Positions 32,125-40,516 of a DNA stretch of 64,000 nt are shown in pieces. The notes under the pieces were generated by a model. It had not been told where the DNA came from. It worked only from the letters and a program-made list of their open reading frames with translations, and did no database searches. Every line of letters begins with the position of its first letter. The first letter of the stretch is position 1. Source of the stretch: Bacteriovoracaceae bacterium (GTDB lineage Bacteria; Bdellovibrionota; Bacteriovoracia; Bacteriovoracales; Bacteriovoracaceae); assembly GCA_965217035.1 (NCBI GenBank), contig OZ244226.1:1160146-1224145 (forward strand), in the 5' to 3' direction. The translations under genes and the position numbers were made by a program.

Positions 32125-32144
32125 AGTATTCCATTTGGAATACT
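32125..32144. promoter_or_regulatory. perfect palindrome, putative operator upstream of retron effector
   Basis: AGTATTCCA-TT-TGGAATACT ending 23 bp before ATG 32168. Confidence 0.5.
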
Positions 32145-32167
32145 AATCGGTAACATCAATAACTGAA

Positions 32168-33076
32168 ATGAACACTAGCTTAAAAGAGATTCAAGATCTT
32201 TCAAAAGACCTATCTAAGTCTTACGAAGAAAAGAAAATTAATATATTTCTTTGTGGTCAAAACACAAGCAATCAAAATTCAATACGAGCAAAGCTTAATA
32301 AAGAATTTTCTAATCATGATGATTGCTTTATTGTTTACCCAGAGTGGCTATTCCCTGACTTGTTAAAAAAAATAAATCTCCTAGAGCTTGAAAAAAGTCT
32401 TGTGGGAATGGTTAACTCGGTTGTTATTCCGTTAAGTACAGTTTCGACTTATGCAGAGTTAGGAGCATTTGTAATCAATCCTGATCTAATTAACAGAGTA
32501 ATAATTATTAATGATATAAAATACAAAGGTGTCTCTAGCTTTATAAAACTGGGCCCCCTAGATTTAATAAAAAGCAAAGCGAATAAAAACCAACTTATAT
32601 GGTTTAATGAAATAGATTCTGAGATTGAAGAAATCACAAAAAAAATCATCAGAGAAACAAAGAGAATAAAAAAAGATTTTCCTCCAAAGCAATATAATAT
32701 TTTTGAACTCAGTACTCTTATTCAATTTTTAGTCGCTCTCCATCAACCCATAAAGACGAGAGAATTAAAGGCAAAAATCAGAGAAATAAAAGGGTTTGAC
32801 CTTGAGCGAGATTTTCAACCAGCAATAAATATATTGATAGAAAAAAAGATCATAAGCGTAAAAAACAAAATGATAAAAACTCGAAAGATTAAAGAATACT
32901 CACTATCGGATTTTGGACATAAAGAAATCATCGAAAACCGTCTTGAAAAGTATCACTTGAAAACAAAATACTATGACTTAAGGTCTCAAATTATAAACTC
33001 TATACATGGAAAAAAGTATAATATTAACCACTTTGGGAGAAAGCATTTTTTAGACGATTTTGACATTAAAATTTAA
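32168..33076 (+). CDS. retron effector, Ec86/St85-type (N-terminal NDT-like domain, C-terminal wHTH-like domain)
   Basis: IFLCG, YPE.LF.DLL...NLLELE..L, AELGAF, SFI.LGP motifs; C-terminal ...L.EKKII...YSLSDFG wHTH-like pattern; adjacent to a retron RT. Confidence 0.85.
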   Translation: MNTSLKEIQDLSKDLSKSYEEKKINIFLCGQNTSNQNSIRAKLNKEFSNHDDCFIVYPEWLFPDLLKKINLLELEKSLVGMVNSVVIPLSTVSTYAELGAFVINPDLINRVIIINDIKYKGVSSFIKLGPLDLIKSKANKNQLIWFNEIDSEIEEITKKIIRETKRIKKDFPPKQYNIFELSTLIQFLVALHQPIKTRELKAKIREIKGFDLERDFQPAINILIEKKIISVKNKMIKTRKIKEYSLSDFGHKEIIENRLEKYHLKTKYYDLRSQIINSIHGKKYNINHFGRKHFLDDFDIKI

Positions 33077-33226
33077 AGTTAAAGCGAAAGTAGAAAGTCC
33101 AGAGTTTCTCTGCGACATTTGTTGTGTTTCATACAGGCTGCGAGTCTTCTTCCAATTTTTTATTTGATTCTCAAATAAAAAATCGTCAAATCCTCGCGTT
33201 TACTAAGTAAAAAATGCTTATCTCCC
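33035..33226 (+). ncRNA. retron msr-msd ncRNA
   Basis: IR arms GGGAGA-AAGCATTTTTTA (33035-33052) and TAAAAAATGCTTATCTCCC (33208-33226). TTAG with unpaired G33053 lies opposite G33207. msr hairpin CAGAG-TTT-CTCTG (33100-33112); msd hairpin ATTTTTTATTTGA-TTC-TCAAATAAAAAAT (33155-33183) closed by GCGAG/CTCGC. Confidence 0.85.
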
Positions 33227-33235
33227 CTTTTTATT

Positions 33236-34105
33236 ATGGAAAAATTAGCAAAAGACATTGGATTAAGTGAAGCATACTTACTGAACATGGCCCGTCGCTC
33301 AAATAAGCATTACAAGTCTTATTATCAAATAAAAAAGAATGGAGGAGACAGACTTATAGAGTCTCCGGGAAAACATTTAAAATCTATTCAAAAATGGCTA
33401 TTAAAGAATTTTTTTTATAACTTTGATGTTCATGATAGTGCGCATGGTTTTGTAAAATCGAGAGGAATAAAAACAAATGCCTCGATGCATCTAGGGAACT
33501 CTTATCTCCTATGCATGGATTTTAAAGATTTTTTCACAAGTATAAAGACTCAAACAGTTTTAAGTACTTTAAAAAAACTTCCTATTGATAACGAAACAGC
33601 ACGAGTTGTATGTAACCTATGTTGTTATAAATCTCGACTTCCACAAGGTGGAGTATGCTCACCTGTCATCTCTAACCTCGTTATGAAAAAGCATGACCAA
33701 GAAATTCAAAGATATAGCGAATCTAAGGGAGTTACTTATACTCGATATGCTGATGACCTTGCTTTCTCATCAAATAATTTTGAAGCTCTAAAGGCTGTCG
33801 AAATATTTATTACTACTTACTTTAAAAATACTTTCTTAAAAATAAATACTCAAAAAACTCGATATTTATCACGAAACAATAGATTAATGGTAACAGGTAT
33901 AAACTTAAACAAGATGAATGAACTTAGCATTTCTTCTAAACAAAAAAATCGGCTAAAAGTGTTAATTCATCATTATTTTATAAAAGGCAATAAAGAATGT
34001 TTAAATGAAATGCTTGGGTTATATAGGCACATAATTGATATCCAACCAAGCTACAAAAGTAATTTATTAAACTATATAAATAAAATTAAATCCAAGAGGA
34101 AGTAA
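33236..34105 (+). CDS. retron-type reverse transcriptase
   Basis: KKNGG.R.I.SP...LK.IQ, AHGF, NASMH (NAxxH region X), DFKDFF.SI, LPQG...SP.ISN, YADD, VTG (region Y). Confidence 0.95.
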   Translation: MEKLAKDIGLSEAYLLNMARRSNKHYKSYYQIKKNGGDRLIESPGKHLKSIQKWLLKNFFYNFDVHDSAHGFVKSRGIKTNASMHLGNSYLLCMDFKDFFTSIKTQTVLSTLKKLPIDNETARVVCNLCCYKSRLPQGGVCSPVISNLVMKKHDQEIQRYSESKGVTYTRYADDLAFSSNNFEALKAVEIFITTYFKNTFLKINTQKTRYLSRNNRLMVTGINLNKMNELSISSKQKNRLKVLIHHYFIKGNKECLNEMLGLYRHIIDIQPSYKSNLLNYINKIKSKRK

Positions 34106-34110
34106 AAATT

Positions 34111-34518
34111 ATGAGCTTTGTTTGGGATAGTTGTATCTCATGTGGAAAGGGGCTACCCAGTAGTAACATCTCGAACGACTGGAGAAAGTGTAGTTCTTGC
34201 TCTTTCACCCATAAACTTCTCAGAATATTATGTATTACATTTATTTTAGTTTTATGGAGTGTATGCATTTTAATTGCCTGCACGCCGACTAATGTTGCAA
34301 TGACTTTTGGACTAACTCTCGATATTTGGGGAGCTTGGTTACTTGCAAATGGGTTTTCTGAAATGTGGTCAATGGCCTCTGGAGGATTTGGAGGAGGTGA
34401 ACAAACATTTCAAAAATATGGCCCTAAATCTTTTAAAAGAAAGAGTGCGGGAGTTTTATTGCTAATGCTCGGATTTTTAATTATTGGCTTAGCTAGTATT
34501 TTGAAAATAAATCAATAA
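34111..34518 (+). CDS. Zn-ribbon plus 3-TM membrane protein downstream of retron RT
   Basis: CISC...CSSC followed by three hydrophobic helices; GAGG RBS within the RT 3' end; 5 bp gap after the RT stop. Confidence 0.7.
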   Translation: MSFVWDSCISCGKGLPSSNISNDWRKCSSCSFTHKLLRILCITFILVLWSVCILIACTPTNVAMTFGLTLDIWGAWLLANGFSEMWSMASGGFGGGEQTFQKYGPKSFKRKSAGVLLLMLGFLIIGLASILKINQ

Positions 34519-35136
34519 ATACTTTTTCTAACTCTCCTCGCGAATAACACTCAATAAGAACTTTTCCGCGAGAAGACTTACCTAATGAAACTATTGAAAA
34601 TGGGATATTATAAGCATGAGGCATTACACTCCAACGGTAATTACTATCCATATGTCTTACAGCCAATTTAACTCCAAGAATATATTTAACATTGACTTTT
34701 AGACTCGTTTTTTTCTTACCCTGACTCTTTAAATAAATATTAACCTTCCCCCTTAAGACTAGATTCTCTCTGCGCTAGAAAAAACATTTCCGTTTTCTTC
34801 TTGGTAGTACTCTGCATATTTAGAAGCTCTATTAAAATCTATTTTTTGATCAATTTTTATATTCTTGAAATGCCCTAAAAATCGACCACAATCGACATAT
34901 TTTTCTAGATTATCCACACTAAAATTAAGATTAATAAATCCAGAGTCTTTATCTAAATGATCTGTGCTATATGAAGTTTCACTTAACTTCTCAACGAGCT
35001 TTGACCAAGCTTTGTCGCAATCTAGATTTACTACTTTTTTATTATTAATAGGCTTCTCTATTTTGATAGGTGGATCATACTTCAAGCTGCCACTAGCACA
35101 ACCCATAATAACTAACAGTAATATTATAAACTTCAT
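34493..35136 (-). pseudogene. lipoprotein with a single frameshift near 34765
   Basis: Lipobox IMGC and YVDCG. The ORF stops at 34759, but an adjacent frame continues NLVLRGKVNIYLK...ECYSRGELEKVFIDLFSKY* to 34493. Confidence 0.75.
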
Positions 35137-35275
35137 TTTTTCACTCTCCTCAAAACGACTTCAAAAACTCCTGCATTAATCTCGTCGTTGTACTCTTCGA
35201 TTGCTTTCTCTTTTCTGGACTCTCCAAAACAAAGTTCATCAACACTCTGCTCAAGATAGTCCGCAACAACTCCAT
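35133..35275 (-). pseudogene. C-terminal remnant of XRE-type (phage-repressor-like) HTH protein
   Basis: Translates VADYLEQSVDELCFGESRKEK...INAGVFEVVLRRVKK*. The TGA overlaps the lipoprotein ATG and the N-terminal HTH is missing. Confidence 0.55.
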
Positions 35276-35520
35276 TATTAGGCTCTTTGAATTATTCTTA
35301 AATTTTAAAACCTCTCACGAGACTTTTGCTCTCGAAAGAGAAATCAAGTCCCGTAAAAGGTGAATTTGGTTAAATAGCGGTAGCCAACCTTGTGAAACCT
35401 CGTGCATCTTAATGCAATTTTCTAGAAAACGAACGCCGTAAGTACTGGAATCTAGGTTTGTAGTAATTTTAAAAACTTAGAAATGAAATTGTTTTGTAAT
35501 GTTTAAGGAGGCTTTTTGAA

Positions 35521-35597
35521 TGGGGTGACCGATGGGGCTCGAACCCACGACAACCAGAATCACAATCTGGCGCTCTACCAACTGAACTACGGTCACC
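35521..35597 (-). tRNA. tRNA-His (GTG)
   Basis: GGTGACCGTAGTTCAGTTGGTAGAGCGCCAGATTGTGATTCTGG...GTTCGAG...CGGTCACCCCA; G-1:C73 pair and encoded CCA. Confidence 0.97.
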
Positions 35598-35730
35598 ACT
35601 GAGTTTTAAAAAAATAATGCCACAACTACCCATAGTCAATTAAAAAGCTATTGATTGACCGCGTCAAGGTTTTGATATTTCTAGGGAAGCTGCTAAACTT
35701 GTTCATATAGATTGTCTCAGAAGGAGTGTT

Positions 35731-36336
35731 GTGATGAAAGGATTCATTCTCTTATGTCTTAGTTTATTGGCCATCCCTAGTTTTGCATCCAATGTAGGGA
35801 TTTCAGTCCATCCATTAGAAACAGAAGCTCGAATTTTATCGACGGAGTACACGGGAAGGCTCAGTAATGGTTCTTCTCAAGGTTTGCAAGTTCGTTACCT
35901 ACACACCTATACAAGTGAGTTAAATTTTGATGCTGGATTCCAAGTATCCAAAGAAGATATTTCAACTCTTTTTGCTGGTGCGACCTATGAGTTCTATCCA
36001 GATTTCGAAAATCAACCAAAAATCGCAGCCAGGGGATTTATTGAAAGAGAAAGAAATAATGATCAAAACGTTACTAATTTTGGAATAGCTCCTATTGTCT
36101 CTAAAGGTTATAGCTTCAGCGGTTATCCAGCTTACCCTTATGTTTCTTTGCCAATGAGACTTTCTTTAGTTGAACTTGGAGATGACTATATCTTCAGAAG
36201 CTCTCTTGCTATGGGAATTTCCGGAAACCTTCCGTTTGAAGGCTTTACTAATGTTGTTGGAAATGTCGAAGCAAATGTCAATCTTAAGGATAGCTTCTCT
36301 TCACTCTCCGTTGGTCTCTCAATGAATTTTCAATAA
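35731..36336 (+). CDS. putative outer-membrane beta-barrel protein
   Basis: Signal peptide, YEFYPD..NQP motif, amphipathic strands, terminal ...MNFQ. Confidence 0.7.
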   Translation: MMKGFILLCLSLLAIPSFASNVGISVHPLETEARILSTEYTGRLSNGSSQGLQVRYLHTYTSELNFDAGFQVSKEDISTLFAGATYEFYPDFENQPKIAARGFIERERNNDQNVTNFGIAPIVSKGYSFSGYPAYPYVSLPMRLSLVELGDDYIFRSSLAMGISGNLPFEGFTNVVGNVEANVNLKDSFSSLSVGLSMNFQ

Positions 36337-36350
36337 GAACGATTTTACAT

Positions 36351-36383
36351 AAAAAAAAAGGCAGCTCTTGGGCTGCCTTTTTT
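36351..36383. terminator. bidirectional rho-independent terminator
   Basis: A-run, GGCAGC-tcttgg-GCTGCC, T-run, between convergent genes. Confidence 0.85.
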
Positions 36384-37131
36384 AGTTCGCAAATCTCACG
36401 GTCAAGTCTTCTTTAAAAAGTTGAACGCGATATTGTTGAGCTTGCCATCTTAAAGATGAACTCTTGGACTCCTCTAATATCTCAATAAGATAATGTTTTA
36501 AATTTGGTATTTTTTGAAAAGCAATCTTAGCAAAATTCTTCTTAAGATCTTCATTTTTCATTTTTTCGAATGAAAAAAGCAAAAGACTTAATTTATCCCG
36601 ATCAACCTGATTCAAAATTACATGAAGATATGTTTTTTTACTATAAGTATTTAAGACTACGAGTGTATTATCAACTGAGATATTCTGGCTTATAATTTTT
36701 TCTTTAACCTCAAGCATTTCTTTTATCGCTCTTGATGGATTTTCGAATTCAAGAATTGAGAGATTTAGACTGACCAATCTTTCAAAGATACGATTTTTAA
36801 ATATTGAATATTTTTTAAGTTTTTCCACATCTTTCAGATGAAGTTCTAATGCCTTGTAGATATGCGTGCATAAACTTCTCTCTAACTCCCCTTGCATTGA
36901 TTTGTCTTCAACTAATCGATGAATTGATCGAGTCGAGAACTTTCCAAATTGTGTTTTAAGTTCAAGATAACTTAAAACACCTGAAATTCGATAATCTTTC
37001 AAAGCTCTTGAATAAGCTTCAGCGAGATCACGAGAGCGAAAGCGTCCCCAGATAAGCACAATGAATAAAAGTGAGAATTGAAAAAAGAGAAAACGAGTAA
37101 AATCTAAAATTAATTGATATTCCATTATCAA
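36382..37131 (-). CDS. hypothetical protein with N-terminal TM helix
   Basis: 249 aa ORF, AGGAG RBS, helical composition. Confidence 0.65.
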   Translation of the reverse strand: MIMEYQLILDFTRFLFFQFSLLFIVLIWGRFRSRDLAEAYSRALKDYRISGVLSYLELKTQFGKFSTRSIHRLVEDKSMQGELERSLCTHIYKALELHLKDVEKLKKYSIFKNRIFERLVSLNLSILEFENPSRAIKEMLEVKEKIISQNISVDNTLVVLNTYSKKTYLHVILNQVDRDKLSLLLFSFEKMKNEDLKKNFAKIAFQKIPNLKHYLIEILEESKSSSLRWQAQQYRVQLFKEDLTVRFAN

Positions 37132-37229
37132 ACTCCTATTGATTCCTTCAACAGTTTTACCAATAAGTATAAAAGCAAATTCTTTGCCAATTAAGATGTC
37201 GATAATTTAAAGATGAAACTTTTAATACT

Positions 37230-38327
37230 TTACGGCCGTCTAAAGCTTAGACAATTGAGAAGTTGGTCATAATGCGGGGCCATGCTCCTCCAATCATAAC
37301 GAGAAAGATCTATTGGTTCAAAGTCAAGATAGGATTTTTCTTCTATACATAATTTAAGTTTCTTGTAGCCCTCTTCTGGAGAATCATAGAAATGTCTTTT
37401 GCCCTCTAAGTGTTCTGGGTAAGCAAGTCTTTTCGGGAGAATCGGGTAACAACCAGCTTGAACAGCCTCAACAACGCTAATGCCAAAAAAATCATGATGA
37501 GAAGTCACATAGAGAATATTCGATTGATTTACAAGTTCTAAATACTGTTCTCGTGAATGAGCATAACCAATATGAACAAGATGTTTTTTAAGCGAAACTT
37601 CAATATCGCTAAATATTTTAGGATAAGAGGCTTGTTTCTCACCAAGAACAATCAATTTAAAGTCAATTTCTTCCTGAGAAAGCTTTAGCAAGGCATGGAA
37701 AAAGTCTTCGGGATTTTTATCTTCTTCCCACCGATGATTCCAAAGAATTGCAGGAATCTCTTCTTGTGTTCTTTCGTTTAAAAAGCCGTCTAACTCTAAG
37801 CCAACAGGAAGGACATGCGACTTTTCTTTTATGGGATTTAAAAGATCAATTCTTTCTTCTCCTGGACTTCGTTGCTCAAATTCAGAAATAGACTTGAAGA
37901 AAACATCTTTATGAAATCGAGAATTGAATAGATTAAAGTCGGCAGCATAAGCCGACATAATATTGATATGGCCAAAAAACTTCTTTTTTTCAGATAAACC
38001 TTTTTTCTCATGTGAAGACCAAGGGTAAGTCATCTGGTTTTCGTGAAAATACATCCCAACAGGAATATCCTTTAGCTTCTTACGAACGAGACTAAGAAAG
38101 GTCGTTAAATCAAGCATATCGGAAGCAATGATAAGATCTGGGGCTTCAGTAAGCTTTAAAAACTCATCAGCGAGTTGAACCGCACCAGTTTTCATACGCC
38201 ATTTCCAAAACTTACCTTCAAGACCTAATGTTTCAACATCAAAAGCACTATGATGAGCGAACCCTTCAATCCAAGATTTATGAGAGCCAGTCAGAAATGG
38301 TTCAATATAAAGTAACTTCTTCACCAT
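37230..38327 (-). CDS. DUF3524-domain GT-B glycosyltransferase (GTDC1/QTMAN-like)
   Basis: EPF..GSH..W, WKWRM..GA, YFHENQ.TYP, FNS.FH, WNHRWE.DKNP, HDFFGISV.EA...GC.P..P.RL.YPE. Confidence 0.88.
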   Translation of the reverse strand: MVKKLLYIEPFLTGSHKSWIEGFAHHSAFDVETLGLEGKFWKWRMKTGAVQLADEFLKLTEAPDLIIASDMLDLTTFLSLVRKKLKDIPVGMYFHENQMTYPWSSHEKKGLSEKKKFFGHINIMSAYAADFNLFNSRFHKDVFFKSISEFEQRSPGEERIDLLNPIKEKSHVLPVGLELDGFLNERTQEEIPAILWNHRWEEDKNPEDFFHALLKLSQEEIDFKLIVLGEKQASYPKIFSDIEVSLKKHLVHIGYAHSREQYLELVNQSNILYVTSHHDFFGISVVEAVQAGCYPILPKRLAYPEHLEGKRHFYDSPEEGYKKLKLCIEEKSYLDFEPIDLSRYDWRSMAPHYDQLLNCLSFRRP

Positions 38328-38636
38328 TTTATTTTAGGAAACGCCGTAAGAACTGTACACCTTACTTTTTATAAATATTTCAATGAAATCAAAAAAAAGA
38401 CTTCTTACTACGGTTTGTATTTTTGAAGGATCGACAAGGGCAAACAGAGAGACACGAATTCGCTTTAATAGAACAAGAATGTCTGGAAGTATTACTATTA
38501 ATGCCGGCTCGACTAATGCTTATGCACTGACAGCAGCCGAAGGTTGTCAATTTAATGATAATATTATGTAAGAAGACTAAAAAGCCAATCTGTTTTTGGT
38601 ATTAGAAAGCCGGTGGAAAATCCGAATTTTTTATTT

Positions 38637-39662
38637 TTATAAGTGATCAATAATTATTTGATAAGCTTGTTGCTTACGTTTTTTAGGTGAAGAAATAATC
38701 TTCTCTACACTTCCATTTAAGATCTGAGATCCCTTAGTAAGTTTCGGCACAATATTTCGGATCCATTCAAACATTCTATTTGGGGAATAATAGAGAATAT
38801 CTCTACCTGGCTCTTCAGGCTTGGCCCAGGTCTTCCCCTTTCTCATGACTTTAAAAAGAGAAACTTTGATTCCTGTTTTTATATTGAGATTCTTAAATTC
38901 TTTTGTTTCATCTCTTTTTAAGTAGATTTGATCGGAATGTTGCCCAACCAAGAATTCAGGAGCTCTAACTTTTGAATACCATTGGTTAATTGAATCCATA
39001 TCATCAATACCCATTTCTTGAAGAACACTCATCACAAAAGCAGAGCATCCACCTCCAAAGTCAATCCCATTTTCATTTTGAGGATATAAATCAACAATAC
39101 TTCCCATCTCAATTTTAGAAGGTCCCTTGAATGAATTATTCACTAACCCATAATTAAACTGCTCACCAGTGTCTTGAAAACGTTTCGAATACTTTTCAAG
39201 TTGTTGGCATTTCTCATTCGTTATTTTGAAAGTGAGAACAGAAGTTTTTCCTCTAACAAAGTCTTCTTTCGCAAGTCGTATGTCTTCCTTGTTATCGTAA
39301 CGACCAATCATATTGTGAAAAACAAAACCAAGACCTGTTTTATCTTTAAAGAGAAGTTTTAAAGCCTCTTTCTTATCCCTATAATGCATTCCCATATAGG
39401 TTTTCTTTCCTTTACAAAAAACCTCTAGATTTACGTGTCCGACTGTTATTCTTCGAGCTCCAATTGCCCCTGAAATTGCATTTTTTAAAAGGCTCACTGC
39501 AAGCATGGAAGGGCTTTCCCAGTTCATCGGAGATGGAGAGCGTGAAACAAAGAGATGGACATAATTATCATAAGCAGGCTCTATCAACTTTGATTTTTCT
39601 TCAGCCCAAGTTTCGAATATATTTAAAATAAAAAAAGACACAAAGAAAATAAGCAATTTCAT
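38637..39662 (-). CDS. secreted hypothetical protein, possibly permuted papain-like fold
   Basis: Signal peptide; W.SP..L, VGHV, and GGGCSAF (His before Cys). Confidence 0.65.
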   Translation of the reverse strand: MKLLIFFVSFFILNIFETWAEEKSKLIEPAYDNYVHLFVSRSPSPMNWESPSMLAVSLLKNAISGAIGARRITVGHVNLEVFCKGKKTYMGMHYRDKKEALKLLFKDKTGLGFVFHNMIGRYDNKEDIRLAKEDFVRGKTSVLTFKITNEKCQQLEKYSKRFQDTGEQFNYGLVNNSFKGPSKIEMGSIVDLYPQNENGIDFGGGCSAFVMSVLQEMGIDDMDSINQWYSKVRAPEFLVGQHSDQIYLKRDETKEFKNLNIKTGIKVSLFKVMRKGKTWAKPEEPGRDILYYSPNRMFEWIRNIVPKLTKGSQILNGSVEKIISSPKKRKQQAYQIIIDHL

Positions 39663-39777
39663 CCATTTAACCTTTCTTGATGACCTAAATAATGTATGTT
39701 TTTCACAGTTTAATCATTCCTGCAAATCTTAGTGTATATATGCGTCACATAAACTATTAAAGTTACTGGGGAGCATC

Positions 39778-40194
39778 ATGAGAGCAATTATTTTAATACT
39801 GATCACATTTACTTCAATCAACAGTTTCGCAAATCCAAGGGCCAAAGGTTTTGCTGTAGAGCTAGAAGGAAAATATACCACATCGGGTGAAAATGGATGT
39901 ATTGATGCTTTTTATGATGTTCCGGGTACAACGTATAATATCGAGATTATAATGTTTCGTGAGAGGTATCTAGAAATTAGAAACGATGAAAGCAATCTTC
40001 TGGCCTACATAGACCTTGAACAAGCAACTGTATCAAAACATAGTTCTGGAACAGTCACTCTCTGCGAAGGTTGCTATAATGATGTGGACTCTAGGGCCAT
40101 TACTGTCTCAAAAAATGGACAAATCACCTTTGAGAGAGAAATTACGGGAATCGCTAATGATCAGAATAAACACAAGTGCGTTCTAGAACCGTAA
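39778..40194 (+). CDS. secreted hypothetical protein
   Basis: Signal peptide ending SFA, four Cys, GGAG RBS. Confidence 0.7.
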   Translation: MRAIILILITFTSINSFANPRAKGFAVELEGKYTTSGENGCIDAFYDVPGTTYNIEIIMFRERYLEIRNDESNLLAYIDLEQATVSKHSSGTVTLCEGCYNDVDSRAITVSKNGQITFEREITGIANDQNKHKCVLEP

Positions 40195-40219
40195 AACTTT
40201 AAGAAGATTCAAACCAAAT

Positions 40220-40256
40220 AAAAAAAGCCGAAGCCGGCGCTCTCTCCTGGCTTTTT
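40220..40256. terminator. probable bidirectional terminator
   Basis: AAAAAAGCC...GGCTTTTT. Confidence 0.5.
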
Positions 40257-40516
40257 AGTGCTTTTTACACATTTCATGTTTCAAAAATCTCCTAAGCTTA
40301 AGTTGTAAAAAAGTTACGACTTAAGCTTTGGAGATAATTGAATTTTATGCCTCTACTTTGGTACAAAAAAGTCAGAAATGGTATTTTTCCGACTTTGACT
40401 TTTAATAGCTAGCTTTGTCGAGTAATTTAGCTACCGTTTACTAGTTTTTTAGGTAAATTTTTCCTTATCTAAGGACTGTATAATAAATTTAACTTTAATA
40501 GCCGATTATAATCTAT

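Larger units (their letters stand above)
30062..35540. mobile_element. decayed tRNA-His-integrated island carrying a retron
   Basis: Bounded by direct repeats of the tRNA-His 3' end. Contains a repressor remnant, pseudogenes, an IS and a retron; no integrase seen. Confidence 0.75.

Noticed and set aside
33236..34105. RT as group II intron, DGR or CRISPR-associated RT
   Set aside because: It has the retron-specific NAxxH and VTG motifs and a full msr-msd; no maturase domain, TR/VR pair, avd or cas1 is seen.
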